A DNA stretch of 64,000 nucleotides from an uncultured Planctomycetaceae bacterium. Its GTDB lineage: Bacteria; Planctomycetota; Planctomycetia; Planctomycetales; Planctomycetaceae. The notes under the pieces are model-generated. The model saw nothing but the letters and a program-made list of their open reading frames with translations. It did no database searches and was not told where the DNA came from. Positions 20,905 through 32,714 of this stretch are shown here, in pieces. Location of the stretch: the NCBI GenBank assembly GCA_963813715.1, contig CAWFAK010000005.1, positions 832,001 to 896,000 on the forward strand. Direction: 5' to 3'. The stretch's first letter is position 1; each line of letters opens with the position of its first letter. Made by a program: the position numbers and the translations under genes.

Positions 20905-22112
20905 AACGAAGTGACGCGAAACGAATTGTTGCGGATCGTGTGGGCGTCGGCTCGGTTGGCTCGGCTCGCCGTGGCAGGTTCACTTCGCGGTGGTTGCTGC
21001 CGATCGCGGTTGCTTGTGCGGCGTACGGTTGTGCGGAGTCTTCCGAATCGCCCGAAGTGCTGGTCGCGCGCGGACACCTGATGGAGAATCGCGGCAAGCT
21101 CGACGAAGCGGTGGACGCGTACACGCGGGCCTTGGCGCGGCGACCGGACGATGCCTCGCTCTATTACTACCGGGGCGTGGCCCTCGGGCGGCAGGGGCAG
21201 TGGGATGAGGCCATTGCCGACTACACCCAGGCGATCGAGCACGATGCGGCCATGGCGCGGGCCTACAACAACCGGGCGGCCGCCTACGCTCACCAGCGGC
21301 GATTCGACGCGGCGGTTGCCGATTTCACCAAGGCCATCTCGCTCGACTCGAAGAGTGCCCTCGCCTACCGCAACCGCGGTCTCGCCTATCACGACCTGGG
21401 ACAGATCACGCCCTCGATTGAAGACTACACCGTGGCCATCGGACTCGATCCCCACGATTCCCAAAGCCTCTTCGAGCGCGGCAACGTCTATCTTGACGCG
21501 GGTCAATACCCGAAGGCCATCGCCGATTTCGATCAGGCGATCGCCCTTGATCCAATGCGGGCTGCCGCCTGGCTCAATCGGGGCGAAGCGCACCGCCGCT
21601 TGGGACACACGCAGCAGTGGCAGGCCGACCTGGCCCAGGCTCGCGTGCTCGATCCGAACGGGAAGCCGAGCGAGTTGGCCGCCGCTGTTCCGGAGAAGGC
21701 GTTACTGCCCTCGCCTTTGAAATCCGCGCCAGCTGCGTCCGCGCCCGATCCGGCGCTGCGACAGGAGCGGGCGATCGCGGTCGCCTCTGCGTTCCTGCGA
21801 GATCACGGGTACAAGGTCGAAACGTCGACAGCGCCCAAGCCGTTCCCGCTCGTGGGCCGCAAGGGCGATCAGCGGATTCCCGTGCGCGTGCAAGCGACGT
21901 CCGATGGCGAGCCGCTCCGCTTTACCCGCGACGATCTCGACCAGATGGCCCACTCGGGCGATCCGACTGCGCTGATTGTCGTCGGCCAGCTCGCGTCGCC
22001 GGCATCGCCAGGTCAGCCCTTCACGGGCGGCACCGTCATCAAATTCGTCGAAAACTGGCGGACGGTTCGCGACAAGCTCGTGCCCGTCGTCTTCGAGTTT
22101 CCCCTCCGGTAA
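20901..22112 (+). CDS. TPR-repeat lipoprotein with C-terminal DUF3883-like domain
   Basis: Lipobox-like AAYGC; about 6 TPRs (AYNNRA, AYRNRG, AIADFDQAI); ATGA overlap with the upstream stop. Confidence 0.85.
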   Translation: MKRSDAKRIVADRVGVGSVGSARRGRFTSRWLLPIAVACAAYGCAESSESPEVLVARGHLMENRGKLDEAVDAYTRALARRPDDASLYYYRGVALGRQGQWDEAIADYTQAIEHDAAMARAYNNRAAAYAHQRRFDAAVADFTKAISLDSKSALAYRNRGLAYHDLGQITPSIEDYTVAIGLDPHDSQSLFERGNVYLDAGQYPKAIADFDQAIALDPMRAAAWLNRGEAHRRLGHTQQWQADLAQARVLDPNGKPSELAAAVPEKALLPSPLKSAPAASAPDPALRQERAIAVASAFLRDHGYKVETSTAPKPFPLVGRKGDQRIPVRVQATSDGEPLRFTRDDLDQMAHSGDPTALIVVGQLASPASPGQPFTGGTVIKFVENWRTVRDKLVPVVFEFPLR

Positions 22113-22487
22113 ATGGCGGTAAGAAACTGTCCCGCAGTAGGTTGCGAACTCGTCGCGCCCGGCGGCGGTTGCGGCGAATGGCTGGGATTTAAGGGCATGT
22201 TGCCAGGGGTCAACGCCCGGATTGCGGCAACTTTCAGGTTTCGGCCCGGCTCGAACAGACGCGACGGTCTATCGTTTTTTAAGAGATCGCGGCGTAGCGA
22301 GCCTCTGCTGGTGGTGTGTGATTCTGCAGAAGACCTCGGCGGGGACTACCCCTCCGGGGTCTCTCTGTTTCAGGCGCCGCGATGCGTGATCGCGACGCCG
22401 TGCTCGTTGCCGCTGACAGATCATTGCCGGACCCGGATCCTTTATAATTTCCGAGATCCCGATCCGAGTTCAGCGAAGACCGACGTA

Positions 22488-23552
22488 ATGCAATCCGTGC
22501 CGAGTGTGAATTCGCCTCCGCGTTCCCTGAAAGGCCGGCTCCGCCAACTGGTCGAGGACGCTCGCTGCGCGGGGCGGCTGGCGCGGGGCATGGTGCGTTA
22601 TTCGCGCACCGGAACGACGCCGTCCGACGCTTATCACAGTCTGATTCATCTGCACTGCCGCACGAATGGCCGCTCGAACGACTGGCTGCACGCGCTGGCC
22701 CGCCGCCAATTTCCGCCCGCCCCCTTGCCGCCCGCCCACGGCGTACTGGGCGACTTTAGTGCGGCCGACGTCGAACGCACCGCGGCGGAAATTCGCGAGA
22801 ACGGCTACATTCGCCCCGGCGCGCAGCTATCGGCCGACGTCTGTCAGCGTCTGACCGAGTTTTCGCTGCGGACGGAAGCCCTGCTCGCCCCGCCGCGGCC
22901 GGAAGGCCCCGCCCGCGCCGTTTACGATCCGGCCCGGCCGATTGCCGAGGGCTATCGGTTCGATGAAACGAGTCTGATCCAGCAGCCCGACATCCAGGCG
23001 CTGATGGCCGATCCGTCGCTGCTGACCGTGGCGCAAGCCTATCTGGGTTGTTTGCCCGTGCTGAGTTCGGTGTTCATGCTTTGGAGCACGCCGGCGCGGT
23101 TGGCGGACAACGCTCGCGAGGAACTCGCGCAGATGTATCACTTCGACATGGATCGGTTGAAGTGGCTGAAGTTCTTTTTCTATCTGACCGAGGTGACGTC
23201 GGACCGCGGACCGCATTGCTTCATCGCGAAGACGCATCGGCCGGGACGCCAGTTGCCCTCGCTTTTGTCGCGCGGGTACGTCCGTTATCCGGACCAGGAG
23301 CTCGAGCCCTACTATCCGGCGGCCGACCGCATCGAGCTGACGGGTCCGGCGGGGACTCTGTTTGCCGTCGATACGCGGGGCTACCACAAGGGGATTACGC
23401 CCCGCACAGGCGACCGGCTGATGTTGCAGATGGAGTTCTGCGACACACTGTTCGGCGCGCCGTACACGCGTCCGCCCTTCCCGGCGGAATGCATCCCGGA
23501 GTTGGCAGCGCGGCGCCGCGACGTCCCCCGCGTCTATTCACGCTACCAGTAG
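22488..23552 (+). CDS. Phytanoyl-CoA dioxygenase-family (Fe/2OG) oxygenase
   Basis: ENGYI, YHFD (HxD), KFFFYLTEV, GPH, DTRGYHKG, R in RLML. Confidence 0.8.
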   Translation: MQSVPSVNSPPRSLKGRLRQLVEDARCAGRLARGMVRYSRTGTTPSDAYHSLIHLHCRTNGRSNDWLHALARRQFPPAPLPPAHGVLGDFSAADVERTAAEIRENGYIRPGAQLSADVCQRLTEFSLRTEALLAPPRPEGPARAVYDPARPIAEGYRFDETSLIQQPDIQALMADPSLLTVAQAYLGCLPVLSSVFMLWSTPARLADNAREELAQMYHFDMDRLKWLKFFFYLTEVTSDRGPHCFIAKTHRPGRQLPSLLSRGYVRYPDQELEPYYPAADRIELTGPAGTLFAVDTRGYHKGITPRTGDRLMLQMEFCDTLFGAPYTRPPFPAECIPELAARRRDVPRVYSRYQ

Positions 23553-23571
23553 AAGAGCCGCGGCGTTGCAG

Positions 23572-26269
23572 TCACGGGCGATTCATCATCTCGATGGCCG
23601 CCGCCAGACCTGCCCAGTAATTCGACTCGTCGATCGCAAAATAGCCGCCGGCATAGACCGACGAGCCCTCGACGATTCCTGATGTGACTGCGGGAGGGGG
23701 CGTGGGTGACGATTGGCGCGACGCCGGCGCGGAGGAGTGCCCGCCCGTGGCCGTCGGGGCTACTTTCGTCACTTTGAGCGCGATCGACGACGACGAACTG
23801 CTCAAGTTGTCGACCAGGTCTTTGGCGGTCAGCTTGATCGACGCCGCCCCCACGTACTTGGCCGTGGGCGTGTAGGTGAGTCCGTCGAGCGCGGTCATCA
23901 GGCTGCTGAGCGACCCGACGATGGTCATCGAGGCTTTGTTGTTGCCGCCGGACACAAACGACACGTTGGCCGTTGTCGCCAGGCTGAGAGTTCCATGAGC
24001 CGGCCGACAGCACCAGCTGCATGTTGCTCCCCCCCGAGGCACCGGAATCGATCAGACTGATCGCGTTTCCGATGGCGGACGAGAAGACCAGCGAGCTGTT
24101 CTCACTGAGCGTCGACGAGCCGGGGACCGAGAACGCAGGCGGCCCGTTTACGGTGACGTTGACGGTCGCCGACCCGGTGAGCTGATTGCCGACGTCCTTC
24201 AGCAGCAGGGTGAAGGCTGTTGCCCCGACGTAGCCGGACGTGGGCGTGAAAACCAGCCCATTGAGCGCCGTATTGAGCTTTGCCAGCGTGCCCGAGACGG
24301 TGACTGCTGCCGAGTTGTTGGCCCCCGAAAGGACTTTGAGCCCGCTCATCGTGGAAAACTTGACCTTGCCGTGCGTCGCCGTGATGGTCAACTGCTCGGC
24401 ACTCGTGCCGGCCGCCACGTCAGCCACGGTGATCGGATCCCCCTTGGCCGCCGAGAACGTGAGCGTCGTGTTTCTGTTCACCGCGGCCGATGCCGGGGCG
24501 CTCACCGTCGGCGGGTGATTCACCGTGATCGCGACGGAGTGCGAGGCCGAGAGGCTGTCGCCGGGATCGCTGAGCGAAATTGCCAACGAATCGGCTCCGC
24601 TATACCCGGAGTTTGGCGCGTAGACGAGCCCGCTGACTGCGCCGTTCAAGTTGCTAAGCGTGCCGCTGACCGTGATCGAGGACGAGTCATTCGCCCCGGA
24701 CGTGATCGTCAGCCCGCTGAGCGAGGCCAAAGTCAGCGTGCCATCACTTGCCGAGAGCGTGAGCGAATCGCTGCCGGTCCCCGCCTGGGCATCGGTCAGG
24801 CTGATCGCGTCGTTGCCGGCCGACGAGAACGTGATCGATCCGTTCTCCGTGACCGTGGTCGACACCGGCCCGCTGATGCTGGGAGGCGTTGGGGGCGGCG
24901 GCTGCGACGTCCCGTACCCGGCCAGTGCGGGAACCAGCAGATTGGCGATCGGCGTGCCGAGGCCGGTGACCAGGTCGTAGCCGGGTCCCGCGTTGTACGT
25001 GCCGTTGCCACCAGTCGTCACGTCGTGGAAGTCGGAGGCGGACAGGTTGTAGAGCGCGGGGAGCGTTTGCGAGGGGCCGTCGAGGGTTCCCTCGCCCTGG
25101 AGCGCGCGGCCCTGATCGGCGATCGCCACCAGTCCCGCGAACATCGGGCTGGCAAGGCTGGTGCCGCCGACCTGGAACCAGCCGCCGGAGAACGAGTCGA
25201 GCACGTACACGCCCGTGTTGGGGTCGGCGTCCATCGCGACGTCCGGAACGGTCCGATGCGTCGTGCTGAGGCCGTTGACTTTGCCGACCTGGTAGCTGGG
25301 CTGCGATTCGAGCTGGCTGATGCCGCCGCCCGTGTCGGACCAGGCGCTTTCGCCCAGGTAATCTCCGCTCGAATCGATCGAGAGCGAGGTGCCGCCCACC
25401 GCGACGACATTGGGAGACAGGGCCGGATAGTCGGCCGGCGTCCCGTCGTCGCCGGTGCTGGCGGTGAACGTCACCCCCTGGTGTCCCGCGGGAGTGGTGA
25501 AAACCGAGTCGATGCTCTGCTCGCCGGAGAACTCGCCGCCGCCCCAGCTCATCGAGACGACCGACACGCCCGTCGTGTCGGCGGCCGTGCTCACCGCGGT
25601 CAGCAAGTCGTTGTACGAATTCGAGTTGGCCTCGAAGAGGATGATGTTCGCTTGGGGCGCGATCGAATGGGCCCACTCGACGTCGAGCGATTCTTCGATG
25701 TCCCAACCGTCGGTGCTGGAGTTTGCGGGCAGCGAGGTGCCGCCGTTCTCGTTGACAACTTTGAATGTCGGGCCGCCACTGACGTTGAACTGCTGCAAGC
25801 CGAACTGGGTATTGAACGTGCCGGCATCGGTGACGATGTCCGGATCGTTGTAAGCGTCGACGATGGCAATCGTCTGGCCCGCGCCGTTGCCGGTCACGCC
25901 GCCGAACGAAATCTGGTTGACCCCGTAGGCCTGCTGCATCTGGGCCGGGTCAATCGGACCCGAGTTGGCGGGCGTCACGTTGGGCGACGCGCCGTGGCTG
26001 GAGCCGGAGGCGATGTTGGCCCGCCCTTCCAGCACGTAGCTGGGGGTAGCGAACGAGGCACTCAGCAGCAGGCGGTCCTCGAGGGACTCAAATGCCCCCG
26101 CAAAGGCCACCTGCTGCCAGACGCCGGCAGCCCCAGGCCGCCGACGAGCACCCCGGTTCCCGCTGCGCGAGCCATGCGACCCTGCGTTTGGTTCGGGATT
26201 TGCGGATCGGGCTGACGTTCTCGATCGCAGATTCGCTAGTGCGCCGGCAATCCCGTTGGAGAGCACCAT
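23572..26269 (-). CDS. Secreted S53 (sedolisin-like) serine peptidase with cadherin/Ig-like repeats (frameshift ~24000)
   Basis: FESLEDRLLLS, IEESLDVEWAH, ASTGDDG, GGTSLASP, YDLVTGLGTP; three ~125-aa repeated beta-rich domains. Confidence 0.88.
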
Positions 26270-26623
26270 GCAGCCACTCCTCGTGCAGAGTCGGAAGCGT
26301 CGCCTCTGCAAGCCTAGGTCATGCCACGGGTGCGGCAATTCACGAGATGTGGGAAAAGCGGGTCTTACGCCGTTGTATTTCGGCAACGTTGGTCCGGGTA
26401 TTTCGGCTTGTTTGGGTAGTCCGGAGCGTTCGGAGCAATCGGATTTTTCCAGGACGCTCGTCATAGACGGCCTTGTCCCAACTCGTGTTTTTCATTAAGT
26501 TTCCCGCCCGCAGCCGCGGTCCCCGACGTCCCACACGCCGCGGCCAAACCCTTCGAGACCCACCCCCTCCTCTCCTTTTCCAGAGACCTTCTCGCAGTCG
26601 ATTCGTCAGGCAAGGAAGCCGAC

Positions 26624-28930
26624 ATGGGACGGTGCACCGTCATCCGATGGGCATTCGCGGCCGGCGTATTTTGTTGTTGCGGTTGTTCAGCGCCGAATAG
26701 CTTCAGCCCGGTGGGCTGGATGTCAGGGTCTTCGAGCGCGCCGGCGACCGCTGCCTCAAAGGATCAGCCCAACCCGCTCAAGCCGACCGACGCGTCCGGG
26801 TCGCCTGCGGCCGCGGCCGTGGCGTCGACTGGCGGTTCGCCTGCCGCGACGACCTCGTCCGACGGTGACAAGTCGGCTTCCGCCGGAGGCAGCAACGGAT
26901 ACAAGACCGCGGCCATCGATCCGGCCCTGCGCAAACTGATGATGGACGAGCTTGCCTACGAGCCGGCCGACAAGCGGCAGGCGATGTTCGACCAATGGGC
27001 CAAGTTCGATCCGGCCTTCATTCGCGAACTCGTCGAAAACCATCGCATGGCCCGCGACGTGGCCGACAGCCACAAGAGCGGAGCCGGCAGCGGCGACTGG
27101 GGTGGCGGTGCTCCGGTTAAGACTGCCTCCAACGACAAGGCTCCCGGCGGCGGCGGTGTTCGACGACGCGTCGCTCCCCAAAGATTCGGTGCTGCGTGAA
27201 CGGACGGCCAATGCCGCTCCCACTCCGCCGGCAGCGCCGGCCTCGGCGGGAGTCAGCCCGTGGGACGATCCTCCCAGCAAGTTGCCGCAAGGCCGGTTGA
27301 CGGGAGCGATGACTCCGCCGGCCACGCTGCCGCAAGCTCCGACCGGATCGGTTGCGGGCGGTCAGTCTGCCGGCGCAACGACGCCGCCTCCCGCGCCGCC
27401 AGCGTCTAAGGCCGATCTGTGGGACACCGACAGCGCTCCACGCGCTCCGTCGGCCGGCACTCAAACCTCCAACAATCAAACGTCTGCCGATCGCTCGTTG
27501 CTTGCTCCGGGCATGCTGCCATCCGCCCCTCAGAAGAGCATCGCGGCGACAACGCCTGCTCCGCCGAACGCGGCACTCGCGGCTTCGCCCGCCACTGCCG
27601 GCTCTTCGTCGACGCCCAAGGCTGATGCGTTCGCCGGACTGCCCTCGATGGATACCGATTCGTTCGGGCAAGCTCCGCATGCTCCGGCCGCTGCGACGGA
27701 CAAGTCCAAGGTCGCGGCGACGTCGAGCCCGGCCCCTGCTGCAGCGCCGGCCGTGCCGAACCCATTTGCTGACCCCGTCCCCACTCCACCGAGTGCACCT
27801 CCTGCTGCCAATGTTGCGGGAATGCCGCCGGCGAGCCGCAGTGGGCAGGGCGTCGTCACTCAAGTTGGCGGAGCGGCACCGCTCGACGCCGGCGTAGGCC
27901 TGGCCGCGGCAACGACCACTGCCGCCGCGCCACCACAAACCAACGGATTCGATGTCGAGCAGCCGGTGAAGCTCAGCCCGCCGGTCGACGTTCCGGACGG
28001 GCAGGTGGTCGCCGCGTCCGACTCGGCGCCGACGGTGCGCGTGCGTCGCAGGTTTCGGCGACAGGCTCGACGACACCTGCTGCCCCCGCTGCGACGACGA
28101 CGGTTCCTCCCGACAAACAACAATCCACCCTGGCCAGCCTGCCGAGCCGATTGCTGGGAGCGATCAACCCGCTGCCCGGCGGGAACGGCTCGCGTAACGT
28201 GTCGCTGCCGGCCAACTGGCACGACGAGTTGCAAAAGATCGTGACCGTCGCCGCCACCGAGGCCGGTCAAACGTCCGTGGGCAGCTCGGACGCGGAAAAA
28301 CTCGCCTACATTCAGAAGCAGGTCAACCTGCGGATGCTCTATCTGCTCTCCGGCCAGCCGACACGTTCGCTCGAGCCGATCGCCGGCCTCGATCCGGCCG
28401 ACCAGGAATTCTGGCAGGAAGTCTTTTGGGGCATGTCGAGCTACTTCGACCGCAACACCATTGCCGATCCGCGTGACCGGGCCACGCAGACCATCGCTCA
28501 GCTGCGGGCCGCAGTGCACAAGCTGCAGGAGAAGTCGAAGCTCGAGCTGCGGAACGTGGCGTTCTGCAACAAGATCGTCAATTTCGGCAGCTACGAGCGG
28601 TTTAAACGCGACGAGTTCACGGCCGGCCAGCCGGTGCTGCTCTATGCCGAAGTCGAGAACTTCAAGAGCGAGCCGACGTCCGACGGCCCGTATCGTGCCA
28701 TGCTCAAGTCCACGATCGAAATCTTCGACGCCCGCGGCACACTGGTGCAGACCATGCCCTTCCCGGCTAACGAGGATCTCTGCGCCAGCCCGCGCCGCGA
28801 CTATTACAACAGCTACGAGTTCTCGATCCCGCAGGGAATCGCGCTCGGCCCGCATCAGCTCAAGCTGACAGTTGAGGACCAGCTGAGCCAGAAGGTGGCC
28901 TCTTATACGGTCAACTTCACGGTCAAATAG
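26624..28930 (+). CDS. Pro/Ala-rich putative lipoprotein with conserved C-terminal domain (two frameshifts)
   Basis: Signal with CCCGC; long Pro/Ala linker; C-terminal LRNVAFCNKIVNFGSY, QPVLLYAEVENF. Confidence 0.7.
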
Positions 28931-29219
28931 TCCAATGTCCAAGGCCTAAAGTCCGTGCTCTTCGTTCCGGGGCTTCCGCTCCGCGGATGCCCCGGGCACC
29001 CGGCGTGGACTCCCCTCAATCCGGCCACTTTTGGCTGACGCGAACCCGCGGTTCAATCGCCTTGTCTCTCCGCCGAGCCGTCCGCTCGTCGCCGGTTGCC
29101 GAATCGGGATTGTGATTCGCCGGGCCGGGACGGAGAATTAGACGGGTGCCGCGCCGTCGAAGGACAAATGGCCTGCGCCGTGGCGCCCTCCCCTGGCCCC
29201 GCAGCCGAGGTGATCCCCG

Positions 29220-31297
29220 ATGTCCGGATCGCAACTCGAAGTGCTCAAGAGCGCCTGCCCGCTCGACTGTCCCGACAGCTGCAGTCTCGACGTAACGGTT
29301 CGCGATGGGCGCGTGGCTGCCCTCGACGGAAATCACGCCAACCCGATCACGGCCGGCTTCATTTGCGGCAAGGTCCGGCACTTTCACGAACTGATGTACG
29401 GGCCCGACCGCGTGCTCTATCCGGCCGTCCGCTCCGGACCCAAAGGGAGCGGCGAATTCCGGCGCGTGAGCTGGGACGAAGCGCTCGAGCGGATCGTGAG
29501 CCGGCTGAGCGAAATCCGCGACCAATTCGGCGGCGAGGCGATTCTGCCCTACTGCTACGGCGGCTCCAATGGCTGGCTGACGCAAAACGGCCTGGATGCC
29601 CGCTTCTTCCATCGACTGGGCGCGTCGCGACTGGCCCGCACGCTGTGCGCCATGCCCGCTTCGACGGCGGTGCGCCGGACTCTACGGGACGGATGCCGGG
29701 CGTCGCTTTCGAGGATTATCCGGCCGCACGTCTGATCGTGCTGTGGGGCGTCAATCCGGCTGCGACGGGAATTCATCTGGCGCCCTTCATCAAGCGAGGC
29801 GCAGGCCAACGGAGCGAAGATCGTCGTCGTCGATCCGCGCCGCACGCAGTTCGCGCGGCGAGGCCGATCTGCATCTGGCCTCTGCGGCCGGGAGCCGATC
29901 TGCCCGTCGCGTTGGCGATCATCCGTTGGCTGTTCGACTCGGGGCGGGCGGACCTCAAATTTCTCGAGGCCCACTCGCGAAACTGGGAAGCACTTCGCGA
30001 GCGTAGCCAGCCCTGGACGATCGGAGCGAGCCGCCGAGATCGCCGGCATCCGCAGCGACGAAATCCCGTGCCTTCGCCGAGCTGTACGCTCGATTCGCAT
30101 CCCGCCGTGATTCGCTGCGGTTGGGGAATCGAGCGGAACGTGAACGGCGGCTCGGCGATCGCGGCCGTGCTGGCGTTGCCGGCCGTCGCGGGAAAGTTCG
30201 GCGTGCAGGGTGGCGGCTTACACGATGAGCCAGGGAGCCGCCTGGGACGTCGATGCCATGGCCGGAGCCGCCGCGCCCGCGGCTCAGCGACGCGGATCAT
30301 CAACATGAATCTCTTGGGCGAAAGCCTGCGGCCCGAGTTTCAGCCGCCCATCCGGCGCCCTGTTCGTCTACAACTGCAACCCGGTGGCGACGGTCCCCGA
30401 GCAGAACAAAGTCCGCGAAGGCCTGCTGCGCGAAGACTTGTTCACGATCGTTCACGAACAGGTGATGACCGACACGGTCCCGTACGCGGATGTCGCTGCT
30501 GCCGGCGACCACGTTCCTGGAACACGCCGAGGCGCGCCGCAGTTACGGCGCGATGATCGCCGCAATTCACGAAGCCGGTCGTCGAGCCGGCCGGCGAGGC
30601 GCGCTCGAATCATTGGTTGTTCGGCGAGCTTTGCCGTCGCCTCGGGCTGACGCGGCCGGGCGATCCCGAAACCGAGGCGGAAGTCGTGCAAGCCATCGTC
30701 GCGACCTCGTCCTCCGCTGCGGAGCTGGCCGAGTCGTTTGCGCGACGGGCGAACCGAACCACCTTGCGGCATGCGGCCGGTGCAATTTGTTGACGTCTTT
30801 CCCGGCAACGCCCGACCGCCGCGTCGATCTGTGTCCCGAGTTCGCTCGATCGTCGAAACATCGAAGGGCCTCTACGCGTATCACGCGGTCGCGACACACG
30901 GAGCAATTCCCACTGACGTTGATCTCCCCCTCGACCACCCAGGCCATCTCCTCGACGCTCTATCAGCTCGTTCGCGAGTTGGTGCCGGTCGAGATTCATC
31001 CGGGCGATGCACGGGAGCGCGGCATCGCCGACGGTAATGCCGTGCGGGCGTTCAACGGATCCGGCGAAGTGCGGTGCATCGGCGAAGCTCAACGGCGACC
31101 TGCGCCCGGGACTGGCGTCGCTGCCCAAGGGGCTGTGGGCCCGCCACACGCAGAACGGCCAAACCGCTAACGCCCTCGCGCCCGACACGCTGTCCGATCT
31201 GGCAGCGGGCGCCTGCTTCAACGACACGCGCGTGCAGATCGAACGCGTGGAGGCACCGCTGGCCGCGGAATCGACCGCGGGCGGCGTCCGCCGTTAG
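29220..31297 (+). CDS. Molybdopterin-dependent oxidoreductase (many frameshifts)
   Basis: SACPLDCPDSC..ICGK 4Fe-4S motif, RVSWDEAL, LIVLWGVNP, HEQVMTDT, LLPATTFLE, VEIHPGDA, ACFNDTRVQI. Confidence 0.88.
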
Positions 31298-31533
31298 AGG
31301 CCGCCGTCGCTGCCATTCAGAGCCGGCCGCACCCCTGCCTTGCCGCGGGGATTCGCACCGGTCGCTCGCCGTCCCGGAAGCAGCCGAACTCCTGACCGGG
31401 CGATCGCCGCTCGTTGACTTGGATTTTTTGCACCCTTATTCTGGAACTGCTCACCACTCTCCCCATGCCCGTTGCGGTCTGCCGCGCAAATCGGCGTCGC
31501 CCGTCGGACAACTTGAGCCAAGGAAACTCGATC

Positions 31534-32709
31534 ATGCGCCGGTCGATGTATGGCCCGTTTTGCCCGTTGTTGTTGGTCGCCGCTGCCGTAGCGTGCTCTC
31601 TGGCTGGCTGCGAAGACGCCTCCAAACCCTCGGCTTCCAGCGAGCCCAAGGCCGGCGACGGAAAGACCGTCGCGACCCAGGCGACTGCGGACGCCCCTCC
31701 AGCCGGTGCGAAGGACTTCAAGCGGATCATCATCCTGGAAAACGACAACTCCCCATTCTGGGACGCGGCTCGGGCCGGCCTGCAGGATGCGGAGAGTGAG
31801 CTGAAGCTTCGGCAGCGTGGCCTGCGGGCCGTGCTGGAAATCAACAACGGTACCCCGGCCGGCCAGGTCGAGAAGCTGCAACAGTTCGGCGCCGAGTCGG
31901 ACATCGTGGGCATCGGTATCTCGGCGATGGATGCCGACAATGCGGCCGTCGCCGACGAGCTGCGGAAGCTCCAAAAGAAGGGCGTGAAGATCGTCACGGT
32001 CGACTCCGACGTCGATCGGGCCAAATTTCGCGATTGCCGCTTCGCCTTCATCGGCACCGAGAACTTGACGGGCGGTCGTGAGCTGGGCGTCTGCGCCAAG
32101 GGGCTACGGCCGGCGGGCGGCGGCTATGTCACGTTTGTCGGCCACCCCGGCGCTCAGAATGCCATGGAGCGGATCAAGGGATTCGAAGAAGGTGCCGGGC
32201 CGAAGTTCCAGGCGCTCGACCACATGGTCGACGACGTCGACCTGGCCCGGGCCCGCGACAACGTCCGCAACGCGATTCAAAACCATAAGGGGAAGCTGAC
32301 GACCCTGGTCGGCATCTGGTCGTACAACGCGCCGGCGATCACCGACGTCGTCAAGGAAATGGGCAATCGCAACGACTTCACGATCGTCGCCTTCGACGCC
32401 GAGCCGATTGCCATCGAGGAAATCGGCAAGGGGAACATCGACGCGATGGTCGTGCAGAACCCCTATCAGATGGGTTATCAGGGCGTCCACCTGATGGCGG
32501 CCCTCTACGAGAACGATCAGAAGACGGTCAAGGAGCTGCTGCCTCATCATGGCGAGCCGAACGGCGACATCTATGACACCGGGCTGAAGGTCGTAGTTCC
32601 CAACAGCCAATCGCCGCTCAAGCGGGAGATGTTTGGCCCCAAGACCGAGTTTCTTACGCTCGACATCTTCAAGGCCTGGCTGGACAAGTACCGCCTCAAG
32701 GGATCGTAG
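31534..32709 (+). CDS. Sugar ABC transporter substrate-binding lipoprotein (RbsB-like)
   Basis: Lipobox LAGC, SPFWDAARAG, VTVDSD, IGTEN, ERIKGF, VVQNPYQMGY. Confidence 0.9.
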   Translation: MRRSMYGPFCPLLLVAAAVACSLAGCEDASKPSASSEPKAGDGKTVATQATADAPPAGAKDFKRIIILENDNSPFWDAARAGLQDAESELKLRQRGLRAVLEINNGTPAGQVEKLQQFGAESDIVGIGISAMDADNAAVADELRKLQKKGVKIVTVDSDVDRAKFRDCRFAFIGTENLTGGRELGVCAKGLRPAGGGYVTFVGHPGAQNAMERIKGFEEGAGPKFQALDHMVDDVDLARARDNVRNAIQNHKGKLTTLVGIWSYNAPAITDVVKEMGNRNDFTIVAFDAEPIAIEEIGKGNIDAMVVQNPYQMGYQGVHLMAALYENDQKTVKELLPHHGEPNGDIYDTGLKVVVPNSQSPLKREMFGPKTEFLTLDIFKAWLDKYRLKGS

Positions 32710-32714
32710 GACTC

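Noticed and set aside
28928..29015. AGTCCAATGTCCAAGG heptamer-like run and GC hairpin after the 28930 stop
   Set aside because: Too short, with no second copy in the window; the hairpin lacks a U tract.
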